Assembly: GCA_947623665.1 (NCBI GenBank)
Contig: CANQHJ010000003.1
Location: 1-47,415, forward strand
Origin: an uncultured Bacilli bacterium
Lineage (GTDB): Bacteria; Bacillota_I; Bacilli_A; RF39; UBA660
Length of the DNA stretch: 47,415 nucleotides
Direction: 5' to 3'
Every line of letters begins with the position of its first letter. The stretch's first letter is position 1. This document shows positions 1 to 10,363 of this stretch, in pieces. Below the pieces are notes generated by a model that saw only the letters and a list, made by a program, of their open reading frames with translations, ran no database searches and was not told the DNA's origin. Both the position numbers and the translations under genes were made by a program.

Positions 1-124
1 ATGGGTTTCTTTCCAATTTATAACAAACTATTAAATTATTTCAAATTATTATTGACTTTTAATAGTTAGTCACCTCAGTGTGTTTGTAAATCTTTTATAT
101 TATATCACATAAATATAAAAGATA

Positions 125-1402
125 CTACTTATTTGGTAGCATCTTTACAACAGCTATATTATTTAAATTTATTTTATTTATTATTTTGTCTAGTTCTTTT
201 TTGTTTAGACTACGTATTATATCTACTTTATCTTCTATTACATTACCATATTTTAAAATATCGTCAAATTGATTGTATACAGTATTATCAATCACATCAA
301 TCATTTTTACTTCGTTTGCAATCCAAACTTTTTTAATCCTGTTTAAATCTTCTTCTTTTACTTCTATTTTTTTTATAAATTCTTTTAAACAATTTATAAA
401 CTTATCTGGTTCATTTGTTTCTGCAACAAATTGTAATACTCTAAAATTATCTGCACTTTCCATACTAGTGTAAAAAGAATTAAATAATTTTTTTTCTCGT
501 AATGTTTCTCTAAAATCTGATGAAATACCAAACATAGTACTTAATAACATTTGCAAATACAAATCTAATTTAAAATTATCTTTAAACTTTAATTTATCTT
601 TATTTATTTTTAAGGCTACTCCTACTTTTGGTATTTGAATATTAGCTTTTATTTCTTCTTCTTTTTTAAATACTGACTCTGGTTCTTTATATTTTTTTTG
701 AATTATCATTCCACTATTATTTTTTTCATATTTTTTTAATGTGTTTTTTATTGTTTTTAGTGCTTCTGTTTTGTTAAAAAATCCTACAATAAGTAAGAAC
801 ATGTTGTTTGGTTTATAGAAAGTGTTATAGCAGTTGTACAAATCTTCTTTAGTAATTTTTTTTACATCTTCTATGCTACCACCTATATCTATTCTTCTAG
901 GATGGTTTTTATAAGTTATTTCTCTTAATTTATTTTCTAAAACTGACTCTGGCATATCTTGATACATTTTTAATTCTTCTATAATAATGCCTTTTTCTTT
1001 TTCTACATTTTCATCTGTAAAATAGGGTTCATTAACAAAACTTAAAAGAAATTCTAGGTTTTTATGAAAGTGTTTTGTTCCATAGCAAATATATTGTGTA
1101 GAATCAAATGATGTCATAGCATTATACCCTGTTCCATATTTTGCTCCAAAAACAAATGGGCTTTCTCTATTTTCATTTTCAAACATTTTATGTTCTAGGA
1201 AGTGTGCAATACCTGTAGGTACTTTTATTTGATGTTTTGCTGCTTCTGGTATAAACTCTGTTGTTACTGATCCATATCTTGTTGCATAACTAATATAATA
1301 ATTTTTTTTATCATCATATGGAATCATATAAATATCTAATCCATTTCCTAGTCTTTCGTAAAATACTTTTTTTTCTAATCCTGAAAGTTCAATTGATTTC
1401 AT
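125..1402 (-). CDS. ymfH: M16 family (insulinase/pitrilysin) zinc peptidase, catalytic subunit, YmfH-like
   Basis: HxxEH motif (GIAHFLEHKMF); overlaps the upstream paralog by 4 nt; near ftsK/spoIIIE as in Bacillus. Confidence 0.85.
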   Translation of the reverse strand: MKSIELSGLEKKVFYERLGNGLDIYMIPYDDKKNYYISYATRYGSVTTEFIPEAAKHQIKVPTGIAHFLEHKMFENENRESPFVFGAKYGTGYNAMTSFDSTQYICYGTKHFHKNLEFLLSFVNEPYFTDENVEKEKGIIIEELKMYQDMPESVLENKLREITYKNHPRRIDIGGSIEDVKKITKEDLYNCYNTFYKPNNMFLLIVGFFNKTEALKTIKNTLKKYEKNNSGMIIQKKYKEPESVFKKEEEIKANIQIPKVGVALKINKDKLKFKDNFKLDLYLQMLLSTMFGISSDFRETLREKKLFNSFYTSMESADNFRVLQFVAETNEPDKFINCLKEFIKKIEVKEEDLNRIKKVWIANEVKMIDVIDNTVYNQFDDILKYGNVIEDKVDIIRSLNKKELDKIINKINLNNIAVVKMLPNK

Positions 1403-2661
1403 TCATCATCACCTTCTAACAAATAGATTGTATCAATTTTTATTTTTTTAGCAATTTTTATTATATTTTCTTTTGTTACTTCTGTTATTTTTATTCGTCT
1501 TGTATCTAAGTTGTCAATCCCAATTAAATCCATTAAGTAATATGCTTCCATTAAATATTCAGGATTCTCTTCTATTTCTTCTAATGAATTTTTATATATT
1601 TGTATTGCTTTATTTATATCTTCTTCTGTAAAGTCTCCTTTTTTCATTTGATTTAATTGTTTTTCTATTAGTTTTATTGCTTTTTCAAAATTTTCTTTTG
1701 AAATACCTGCTCTTATAAGAAGTGTATTATCTAGTTTATTAGGAATTGAATTTATGTAATATACAAGAGAAGATTTTTCTCTTACTTCGTTAAATAGTTT
1801 TGAATCTCCTATTCCTCCTAAAATTAAATTATACAGTGTTAGGGCATAATTTCTTTCAAAAGATGAAAGTTCTGATATACGACAACCTATTGCTAGTTTT
1901 GATTGTTTATTTTCCTCTTGTTCTTTAACTATTTTTTTTCTTATAATTTTTTTATTTGATTTTAATGTTTGAATATTAATTTTTTTCTTATAAGTGTTAA
2001 ATTTAAAATTTTTTTTAATTAGTTGTTCCATTTCTTTGGTTTTGAAGTCTCCTATTACAGAAATATCTATTAAATCTCTTTTTATCATGTTTTGATAATA
2101 TTCATAAATGCTTTTTGGTGTAATTGACTTTAAATCTTCTAAATATCCTACCATACGATAAGACATAGGAGATTTTTCATCCATATTTTCTAAACAACGT
2201 ATTAGACTATAATAAGAAGAATTTTCTTTGATTCCTGTTAGAGATGTTTTGGCATTATCGTAAATAATATCAAAGACTTCATGATTAAATTCATTGTTTT
2301 CTACATTAGGGTTAAATATTACTTCACTGAAGAACTCTAAACTATCTGAGAAATTATTTTCTTCTGTATATTTATCATTTAAACAAGTCAATGTAAATTC
2401 TGTATTTATTTGATCTGCTAATCTAGTACTTCCAGCAGTTAGGTTAACAGCATATAAATCTTGTGTCTTTATAACCAAATCTTTTTTAGTTTTATACTTT
2501 TTTGTTGAATGAGTAAGTAAATCTGTTAAGATATTACGTATGGTTGTATCTTCTTTATGAATTTTATTTCTAAAACTAATTCTTACCGCAATTGTTTTAA
2601 ATTTTTTTGTTTTTATTAGATGTAAATTATATGAGCCCATATCTATATTTTTGTATTTCAT
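1399..2661 (-). CDS. ymfF: M16 family peptidase, non-catalytic subunit, YmfF-like
   Basis: KTKKFKT N-terminal motif, SKLFNEVREKSSLVY C-terminal motif, no HxxEH; paired with ymfH. Confidence 0.8.
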   Translation of the reverse strand: MKYKNIDMGSYNLHLIKTKKFKTIAVRISFRNKIHKEDTTIRNILTDLLTHSTKKYKTKKDLVIKTQDLYAVNLTAGSTRLADQINTEFTLTCLNDKYTEENNFSDSLEFFSEVIFNPNVENNEFNHEVFDIIYDNAKTSLTGIKENSSYYSLIRCLENMDEKSPMSYRMVGYLEDLKSITPKSIYEYYQNMIKRDLIDISVIGDFKTKEMEQLIKKNFKFNTYKKKINIQTLKSNKKIIRKKIVKEQEENKQSKLAIGCRISELSSFERNYALTLYNLILGGIGDSKLFNEVREKSSLVYYINSIPNKLDNTLLIRAGISKENFEKAIKLIEKQLNQMKKGDFTEEDINKAIQIYKNSLEEIEENPEYLMEAYYLMDLIGIDNLDTRRIKITEVTKENIIKIAKKIKIDTIYLLEGDDE

Positions 2662-2711
2662 CTTTTCACCTCGCTTTTAGTATATACTTAATTTGTTGTT
2701 TTAATGTAATT

Positions 2712-3431
2712 TTATATGGATTCTAATGCAATTTTTATCATTTTATTTAATTTTTTTTCTCTTTGTTCACTAGTTATTTTTTTATTATCATTTAAACTAT
2801 CTGATACAGTTAAAAGGCATGCTGCTTCTTTATTTAATTTATGAGCTAAATAGAAAAGACAAAATGTTTCCATATCTACTCCTAAAGGATTTAAATCTTT
2901 TGGATAAGGACTCTTATAACTTGTCTGATCTCGATAAGCGTCAAAAACATCTGATGTTAACACTAAGCCCTTCTTATAAGAAATATCTTTCTTCTTCAAT
3001 ATTTCTTCTATATGATTAGTTAACTCTTTTGATGCATCAGCCCTATTAACCTCTTCTGCTGCATATACTTTAGGAAAACTTGATATACTATAAGCAGAAT
3101 CTGCTAGAATAATATCTAATAAATTTACTCCTTTATGATTTGAACCACAAGAACCTATTCTTATAATTTTTTCTACATCATGAAATGTAAATAATTCATA
3201 GGAGTAAATTCCCATACTTGGAATACCCATACCACTTGCAAACACTGTAACTTCTTTTCCTTTGTAAAATCCAGTATATCCAAGAGTATTTCTTACTGTG
3301 TTTACAATGTGTGCATTATCTAAATATTTTTCAGCAATATATTTTGCACGTAATGGATCTCCTGGCATTATAACTGTTTTAGCAATATCTCCAATTTTAT
3401 TTTTCATATGTGGCGTTGAAATATTCATCAT
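2712..3431 (-). CDS. deoD: Purine nucleoside phosphorylase, DeoD type
   Basis: TPH, MPGDPLRAKYIA, SGMGIPSMGIY, RIGSCG, VDME and TVSD motifs; AGGAGG RBS. Confidence 0.92.
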   Translation of the reverse strand: MMNISTPHMKNKIGDIAKTVIMPGDPLRAKYIAEKYLDNAHIVNTVRNTLGYTGFYKGKEVTVFASGMGIPSMGIYSYELFTFHDVEKIIRIGSCGSNHKGVNLLDIILADSAYSISSFPKVYAAEEVNRADASKELTNHIEEILKKKDISYKKGLVLTSDVFDAYRDQTSYKSPYPKDLNPLGVDMETFCLFYLAHKLNKEAACLLTVSDSLNDNKKITSEQREKKLNKMIKIALESI

Positions 3432-3488
3432 ATTTTCCTCCTTTTAACTATAATATTATTATAACATATTAAGAAAAAAAGAATAGTA

Positions 3489-5756
3489 TTATTCTTGTGG
3501 TTCTTCCTCGTTTTCAAGCTTAACTAATACTATTCTTGGCTTTGATCCATTAGGTGGACCAATAATTCCTCTTTCTTCTAGTAAATCTATAATTCTTGCT
3601 GCTCTATTATATCCTAGTTTAAATCTTCTTTGTAATAATGAAGCACTAGCTTTTTGAGTTTGAACTACAAACTCTACTATATCATTATATAGTGGATCAT
3701 CATACTCTTCTTTTTGATTAGCATCCTCTATTTGGCTAGCACTCTTATCACTAGTTACTTCTTCTTCATCTAAATTCATCATTTTTTCATCATATTCAGC
3801 TTTTTGTTGTTCAATTGTATGATCTATAATTCTTTTTATTTCATCATCTGAGATAAATGCTCCTTGTACACGTTGAGTTGTAATTTCTCCCATTGGTAAG
3901 AAAAGCATATCTCCTTTTCCAAGTAGTTTTTCTGCACCAGCAGAATCAAGAATTGTACGTGAATCAACTTGGCTTGCAACAGTAAATGCTATACGTGATG
4001 GAATGTTTGCTTTAATTACTCCAGTTATTACATTAGTTGATGGTCTTTGGGTTGCAATAATTAAATGTATTCCTGCAGCACGTGCAAGTTGAGTGATTCT
4101 CATTATGGATGCTTCAACATCCTTTGCAGCTACTAACATAAGATCTGCAAGTTCGTCTATTACTACTACAATAAATGGCATTTTCTTTAATTGCTCTTCT
4201 GGTGGACGTTTTTTATTTTCTTTTTCTATATAAGCATTATATGTACCTATATTTTTAGTTTTAGTCTCTTCAAAGACATCAAATCTTCTATCCATCTCAC
4301 TTACTATTTTGGCAAGTGCTACACTTGCTTTTTTAGGATTAGTAACGACTGGACACATCAAATGTGGTACTCCGTTATAAAGTGAAAGTTCTACTTTTTT
4401 TGGATCAACCATCATAAGTTTTACTTCATCTGGTCGTGTTCTCATTAAAATGGATGCTATTATACCATTTATACATACAGATTTTCCAGCTCCTGTTGCT
4501 CCTGCAACTAATAAGTGTGGTGTTTTATTAATTTCACACCATATTACATTACCCATAATATTTTTACCTAATGGTACAAGCAATTTAGAATCCTTTTTAG
4601 ATTCTGGTATTTTTTCTAGTACTTCTCTAAATGTTACAGGTACTGGAGTTTCATTTGGTATTTCAATACCAACTGTTTTTTTACCAGGTATAGGTGCTTC
4701 TATTCTTACGTCTTTTTTAGCAAGTGATAAAGCAATTTCCCTATTTAAACTTACTATTTTGTTAAGTTTAGTTCCTGATTTAATTTCAAGTTCATATTGA
4801 GTAACAGTTGGTCCTATGTGTACTTCTACTGCTTTACCACTAATACCAAAGTCTTTTAATACATTTTCAAGACTTACTATATTTTTCTCAATTGCACTCT
4901 GGTTAGCATTTTTCTTCTTGTTTTTAGGTTTATCTAATATATCTATACTAGGTAATTGATAATTTCTATTATAGTTTTCACTGACTACTTCTGGATGAGC
5001 TTTTTCTTCTTCGTCTTTTGTATTTTCATCTTTAGTTTGAGTTATTTTATCTATACTTGATACAACGATTTGTTTATTATCTTCTTCCTCTTCTTCTCCA
5101 TTACTAATAATAACTGATGTTTTATTATCTTCTTCTGTGCTTTCTATATTGTTATTTTTACGCATAGAGCGTTTTTCTTTTCCTTTGGCATAACCTTTTT
5201 TTATGGCATCTACTAAAGAAAAGCCTGTAAATAAACTAAGTCCTGCTCCTACTAAAACCCAAGCAACAATTTGCATTCCAGTTAAAGCAAATAATTTATC
5301 AAAACATATTGCAAATGCTCCTCCAAGTATTCCTCCACCAAGTTCAAATATTGAATTTACTGTTCCTGTTGTCATTACACTATTAAATGATATAACAAGT
5401 TCATCTAAGGTATCTTGAAATATTAAAGCAACATTTCCTTCGTTTGCAATAACATATTCTCTGTGCATTAATACTAAGAGTCCAATAGTTAACATATAAA
5501 GACCTATTAATTTAGTTGTAAAAAAATCTGGAAATTCTCTTTTAATAATTAGATAAATTCCTATTATAAATAAAACTACTAAAAATATACCATATCCACT
5601 TCCAACAAGAAAAATTCCAAAGGATGCAATTAGTTTTCCAATAGGTCCATATTTTCCAATACCTAATATGGCCGCAAGCACTAAAAGTACACCATAAAGT
5701 TCTGCACTATATTCAAAACCAGTTTTTTTGTTTTTCTTTCTTTTTCTTTTTGCCAT
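3489..5756 (-). CDS. ftsK: DNA translocase FtsK/SpoIIIE
   Basis: N-terminal TM helices, PHLLVAGATGAGKS Walker A, IDELADLM, TQRPS, gamma domain SASLLQRRFKLGYNRAAR. Confidence 0.96.
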   Translation of the reverse strand: MAKRKRKKNKKTGFEYSAELYGVLLVLAAILGIGKYGPIGKLIASFGIFLVGSGYGIFLVVLFIIGIYLIIKREFPDFFTTKLIGLYMLTIGLLVLMHREYVIANEGNVALIFQDTLDELVISFNSVMTTGTVNSIFELGGGILGGAFAICFDKLFALTGMQIVAWVLVGAGLSLFTGFSLVDAIKKGYAKGKEKRSMRKNNNIESTEEDNKTSVIISNGEEEEEDNKQIVVSSIDKITQTKDENTKDEEEKAHPEVVSENYNRNYQLPSIDILDKPKNKKKNANQSAIEKNIVSLENVLKDFGISGKAVEVHIGPTVTQYELEIKSGTKLNKIVSLNREIALSLAKKDVRIEAPIPGKKTVGIEIPNETPVPVTFREVLEKIPESKKDSKLLVPLGKNIMGNVIWCEINKTPHLLVAGATGAGKSVCINGIIASILMRTRPDEVKLMMVDPKKVELSLYNGVPHLMCPVVTNPKKASVALAKIVSEMDRRFDVFEETKTKNIGTYNAYIEKENKKRPPEEQLKKMPFIVVVIDELADLMLVAAKDVEASIMRITQLARAAGIHLIIATQRPSTNVITGVIKANIPSRIAFTVASQVDSRTILDSAGAEKLLGKGDMLFLPMGEITTQRVQGAFISDDEIKRIIDHTIEQQKAEYDEKMMNLDEEEVTSDKSASQIEDANQKEEYDDPLYNDIVEFVVQTQKASASLLQRRFKLGYNRAARIIDLLEERGIIGPPNGSKPRIVLVKLENEEEPQE

Positions 5757-5807
5757 ATTATCTACTCCTCATTATAAATTATATCATTAAAAAAAAATTA
5801 TGAAAAG

Positions 5808-5833
5808 AAAAAGCATCAATTTTAATGCTTTTT
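5808..5833 (-). terminator. Probable intrinsic terminator after the ABC exporter operon
   Basis: Inverted repeat AAAAAGCAT...ATGCTTTTT. Confidence 0.55.
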
Positions 5834-5879
5834 TACAATACTTATGTATTATTTTTTCAATTAATTAATATCATTGTTT

Positions 5880-8036
5880 TTATGAATTTTCAAAACTTTC
5901 AAATTGTGAATTATAAAGTTCTGCATAAAAACCATTTTGTTTTAATAATTCTTCGTGATTACCAGTTTCTATAATATTACCTTCGTTCATAACTAGAATT
6001 AAATCAGCATTTTTAATAGTAGAAAGTCTATGAGCAATTATGAAACTAGTTCTGCCTTCTGTAAGTTTATCCATTGCAGTTTGTACTAATTCTTCTGTTC
6101 TGGTATCAACATTACTAGTAGCTTCATCCAAAATCAAAAATGGTGCATCTTCTATCATACCACGAGCAATAGTTAAAAGTTGTTTTTGCCCAAGAGAGAC
6201 AGTTGAATCATCTTCTATTACAGAATGTATTCCTCCAGGTAATGTTTTTACAAAATGATCAACACCAACAGTTTTTAATGCATCCCATACCATTTCATCT
6301 GTTACATTCTTTTTGTTAAACTTAATGTTCTCAGCAATAGTACCATCAAACAACCAAGTATCCTGTAAAACCATTACGAATAAATCATGAATATTCTCAC
6401 GAGTTAAACTCTTAGTAGAAACACCATCAATTAGAATATCTCCATCAACTATATCATAAAACTTCATAAGCAAGTTAACCATAGTAGTCTTACCAGCACC
6501 TGTAGGTCCAACTATTGCAATTTTCTCACCTGGATGAGCTTTAGCATTAAAATCTTTTATTATAGTTCTATTCTTGTCATAACCAAACTTAACATGTTTA
6601 AATTCAATTTCACCTTTAACTTTAGATTTATCTAAATGTTTAACATTCTCCTCTTTAGTTTGTTCTTTTTCATCTAAGAATTCAAATACTCTCTCACTTG
6701 CTGCGGCAGTTGATTGTAACATAGTCATAGCTTGAGCAATCTGTGAAAGTGGATTTGTAAATAATCTAATATAAATCATAAAAGCAACTATAGTACCAAA
6801 AGTAGTTAAATCATTCATTGTAAGTAATGCTCCAACAATACATACAGCAACATATCCAAAGTTACCAACAAACATCATCATTGGTTGCATAATACCAGAT
6901 AAAAATTGACTTTTTTTATTACTAACATAAAGTTTTTTATTTATTCTATCAAACTCATCAAGAGCTAACTTATCTCCATTATAAGCCTTAACAACAGTAT
7001 GTCCAGAATAATTCTCTTCTATATAACCATTTAATTCTCCAAGTTGCTTTTGACGATTAGAGAAGTACTTTTGTGATTTAGATAGAATTATAAACATTCC
7101 AACAAAACCAAATATGCTGGTTGCTAAAGCAGTAAGAGCCATTATCCAATTAGTAACAAACATCATGACGATAGATCCTAGAAATAAAGTAATTGATGTT
7201 GCAAGTACTGCTAAAGACTGATTCATATGCATTCCAATTGTATCAACATCATTAGTAATTCTAGATAAAACATCTCCTGTTTCATGATTATCAAAATATT
7301 TAAGTGGTAATTTATTTATTTTATCACTTATACTACTTCTAAGTTTTTTGGCAAAGTTATTAGAAACAGTAGCTAGAATATATGACTGTATATAAGAAAA
7401 TGCTGTACTTATAAGATATAGTAAAGCCATCATTAAAGCAATACTCTTAACTTTATCTATATTTAAAGTAGGTTTAATAACTTTATATACTTTCTTAGGA
7501 AGATTATCTACAACCTTAAGCATACTATCAGTATCTTTAAAATCTTTAACAGAAGATAAAGATCTTAAAACCTCTATTTGATCACTTTCATTAATAGTAA
7601 TTCCTCCTACTTCAAAAGGATCTAATATTTCTTTTAATACACTATCAGGTAATTTAAAAAGTAATTTAGGCTTTTCTTCATCACTTGCAGTAGATATTTT
7701 TTGCATAACTTCCATAAATTTTTGTTTATCACTTGATGATATATTAGGATTTACTGGAATACTTGCAAACTTAGATTGATCTTGTAATCCTTTAGTAGTC
7801 TTAGTGATTATTTCTTTCAAATTATCTTCTTTAGGAGAAAGTCCTAAAGTAATCTCATCAGTTAAATCAGATAAAATATTAGGAGCAACTATTGCACATA
7901 TAGAACTAGAAAAAGCAAGAATTAAAGCAAATATTACTAAAAAACGCCATTTTTCTAGACTAAGAAATAATCTTTTAATAGAACCCTTAAAATCTTTTGA
8001 TTTCTCTTGTTTTCTATTCATTCCAATTCTAGGCAT
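5880..8036 (-). CDS. ABC exporter, fused TMD-NBD, heterodimer subunit with intact catalytic E and H
   Basis: TM domain, GPTGAGKT, LILDEATS, IAHRLSTI; long insertion in the first extracellular loop. Confidence 0.92.
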   Translation of the reverse strand: MPRIGMNRKQEKSKDFKGSIKRLFLSLEKWRFLVIFALILAFSSSICAIVAPNILSDLTDEITLGLSPKEDNLKEIITKTTKGLQDQSKFASIPVNPNISSSDKQKFMEVMQKISTASDEEKPKLLFKLPDSVLKEILDPFEVGGITINESDQIEVLRSLSSVKDFKDTDSMLKVVDNLPKKVYKVIKPTLNIDKVKSIALMMALLYLISTAFSYIQSYILATVSNNFAKKLRSSISDKINKLPLKYFDNHETGDVLSRITNDVDTIGMHMNQSLAVLATSITLFLGSIVMMFVTNWIMALTALATSIFGFVGMFIILSKSQKYFSNRQKQLGELNGYIEENYSGHTVVKAYNGDKLALDEFDRINKKLYVSNKKSQFLSGIMQPMMMFVGNFGYVAVCIVGALLTMNDLTTFGTIVAFMIYIRLFTNPLSQIAQAMTMLQSTAAASERVFEFLDEKEQTKEENVKHLDKSKVKGEIEFKHVKFGYDKNRTIIKDFNAKAHPGEKIAIVGPTGAGKTTMVNLLMKFYDIVDGDILIDGVSTKSLTRENIHDLFVMVLQDTWLFDGTIAENIKFNKKNVTDEMVWDALKTVGVDHFVKTLPGGIHSVIEDDSTVSLGQKQLLTIARGMIEDAPFLILDEATSNVDTRTEELVQTAMDKLTEGRTSFIIAHRLSTIKNADLILVMNEGNIIETGNHEELLKQNGFYAELYNSQFESFENS

Positions 8037-9792
8037 TATCTAATTCCTCCTTTGATAGTTGAGATAAAGCAATTTCTTTGTAAACATCACAGTTTTTAAG
8101 TAATTGTTTATGTGTTCCAACTCCTACACATTCTCCTTTATCTAAAACTATAATTTTATCTGCATTCATAATAGTACCTATACGTTGAGCAACTATCATA
8201 CTAGTAGCATCTTTAGTATAGTTTTTTAACTCACGTCTAAGTATAGAATCTGTCTTATAATCAAGTGCAGAAAATGAATCATCAAAAATATAAATCTCAG
8301 GATCTCTAGCAATTGCTCTTGCAATTGATAATCTTTGTTTTTGACCACCACTTACATTAGTACCACCACGAGCAATATGTGAATCATACTTCTTATTCAT
8401 TTTTAAAACAAAGTCCTCACCTTGAGCAACCTTAATTGCTTCTTTTACTTTCTCATCACTAGGATGCTCTTTACCATTATCACCATAAGCTACATTATCC
8501 TTAACACTACCAGTAAACATAATAGCTTTTTGAGATACATAACCTATTTTATTACGTAAAGCAGACTGTTTATATTCTTTTACATTAACTCCATCTACTA
8601 TAACTTCTCCTTCTGTTGCATCATAAAATCTAGGAACTAAATTAATAAGAGTACTCTTACCACTACCAGTAGATCCGATAAATGCTATTGTCTCTCCTTT
8701 TTTAGCTTTAAAAGATATATTTTTAAGTAAATATTCATCTGCATCAGGATATTTAAAACTAACATTTTTAAATTCTACTTCTCCAGAAACTTCAGTATCT
8801 CCATCAAAGTCTCCATCATGAATTAATATATCACTATCTAAAACTTCATTAATACGTCTTGCAGACACTTGTGCTCTAGGCCACATCATAAATATCATGG
8901 CAAGCATCAAGAATGACATAATAACTTGCATTCCATAACTAGTAAATACCACCATATTACTGAAAAGTTCTATTTTATCTGATATAAAGTAAGCATCCAT
9001 TATTAAGTATGCTCCTATAAAGTAAATACCAAGTGTTAGAAAATGCATAACAAAGTTAATTACAGGATTAAGTATTGCAAAACATCTTTGATTAAACATC
9101 TGCATACTAGTAAGATCACTATTGACTTCTTCAAATCTATTCTTTTGAAATTCTTCTGCATTAAATGCTCTAATAACTCTAATACCAGTTAAATTCTCTC
9201 TAGCAACTCCATTGATTTTATCAAATAATTTTTGTACTTTAGCAAATCTAGGAAATACTATTAGTAAAAGAGTAATAACTGTTGCAAGTAATAAAATAAC
9301 ACCTGCCCCAGTAAGTAAAGTCCATTCTATATTTTTATTAATTATCTTAATGATAGCCCAAACAACCATAATGGGTGCTCTAACCATCATTTGAAGTCCC
9401 ATTGCAATAAGCATCTCTATTTGAGTTACATCATTAGTAGTTCTAGTAATAAGACTTCTAATAGAGAATTGTTTAATATCTGCAACTCCCATATCTTCTA
9501 CTTTTTTAAATATTTTATATCTTACATTACGTGAAAAGACTGCGGATAAGTATGATGCTAAATAACCAACTATAATTGCTGAGATAAGTGAACCAAAAGC
9601 ACAAAGCATCATATAAAAACCTTGTTCTAATATATCACTCATCTTACTACCAGAAGTTTGAACTAAAACAGTAACCTCTGACATATAATCAGGCATCTTT
9701 AAATCAAGCCATACACCAAAAGAAACAAGTAATATACACAAAACAAAAAGTAATCCTTCTTTTTTATTAAAATTCTTAAATAATTTTATCAA
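8029..9792 (-). CDS. ABC exporter, fused TMD-NBD, heterodimer subunit with degenerate site
   Basis: GSTGSGKS, VSGGQKQR, FDDSFSALD (D for catalytic E), AQR (Q for H); TM287/TM288-like pair. Confidence 0.92.
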   Translation of the reverse strand: MIKLFKNFNKKEGLLFVLCILLVSFGVWLDLKMPDYMSEVTVLVQTSGSKMSDILEQGFYMMLCAFGSLISAIIVGYLASYLSAVFSRNVRYKIFKKVEDMGVADIKQFSIRSLITRTTNDVTQIEMLIAMGLQMMVRAPIMVVWAIIKIINKNIEWTLLTGAGVILLLATVITLLLIVFPRFAKVQKLFDKINGVARENLTGIRVIRAFNAEEFQKNRFEEVNSDLTSMQMFNQRCFAILNPVINFVMHFLTLGIYFIGAYLIMDAYFISDKIELFSNMVVFTSYGMQVIMSFLMLAMIFMMWPRAQVSARRINEVLDSDILIHDGDFDGDTEVSGEVEFKNVSFKYPDADEYLLKNISFKAKKGETIAFIGSTGSGKSTLINLVPRFYDATEGEVIVDGVNVKEYKQSALRNKIGYVSQKAIMFTGSVKDNVAYGDNGKEHPSDEKVKEAIKVAQGEDFVLKMNKKYDSHIARGGTNVSGGQKQRLSIARAIARDPEIYIFDDSFSALDYKTDSILRRELKNYTKDATSMIVAQRIGTIMNADKIIVLDKGECVGVGTHKQLLKNCDVYKEIALSQLSKEELDNA

Positions 9793-10240
9793 TTTTCTCT
9801 TCCTCTCTTTCCATATTTTTTTTCATTGTATCTAATACTTCAAAAAAAATCTCTAATTTTTCAGAAGAAATATTAGAAGTAATAATATTATTAATTTTAG
9901 TCATTTTTTTTAATATAATTTTATGACGTTTAATATTCTCATCAGTAAATTTAATTACTTTACTACGTCCATCAACCACAGATGAAATTCTTTTAATAAT
10001 ATTCTTTTTCTCCATTGTATCAATTATCCCAGACATAGTAGATTTCCTAATATTAAGTAAACATTCTAACTCTTTTTGAGTTACATCTTTATTAGGATTA
10101 TCTAATAAATATTGTATTACCTGTAATTGAGAAAAATTATTAATATTATTATTTTTCTTATTTTTCATAAATATTTTTCTTTTTACTTCGTTATCAAAGT
10201 TTTTAATTTCTCTTAGTGGATATCTCTCCAAGTCTCTCAC
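9776..10240 (-). CDS. MarR family transcriptional regulator
   Basis: QKELE..LNIRKSTMSGIIDTMEKK..R...DGR winged HTH; heads the exporter operon; the start may be the TTG at 10231. Confidence 0.88.
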   Translation of the reverse strand: MRDLERYPLREIKNFDNEVKRKIFMKNKKNNNINNFSQLQVIQYLLDNPNKDVTQKELECLLNIRKSTMSGIIDTMEKKNIIKRISSVVDGRSKVIKFTDENIKRHKIILKKMTKINNIITSNISSEKLEIFFEVLDTMKKNMEREEEKIDKII

Positions 10241-10248
10241 CCCATTTA

Positions 10249-10299
10249 GTTAGTCTCCTAACCATTAACAATGATACAACGTATAAAAAAATTTGTCAA
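10249..10299 (-). promoter_or_regulatory. SigA promoter with a candidate MarR operator
   Basis: Minus-strand TTGACA (10299-10294), 17-nt spacer, TATCAT (10276-10271); GTTAG-N4-CTAAC palindrome at 10249-10262 just downstream of the predicted start site. Confidence 0.7.
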
Positions 10300-10301
10300 G
10301 A

Positions 10302-10342
10302 AAAAAACTCTCAATTTAACATAATAAATTTAAGAGTTTTTT
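10302..10342 (-). terminator. Hairpin/terminator downstream of the 489-aa gene
   Basis: AAAAAACTCT...AGAGTTTTTT inverted repeat. Confidence 0.5.
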
Positions 10343-10363
10343 CGAAATTATATTTCATTTATT

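Noticed and set aside
133-9394. Short plus-strand ORFs antisense to housekeeping genes (also at 11002, 16986, 22021, 24520, 25037, 25702, 26560, 27494, 33014, 34141, 35284, 40381, 41974, 42863)
   Set aside because: Shadow ORFs opposite well-supported genes, with no recognisable motifs.
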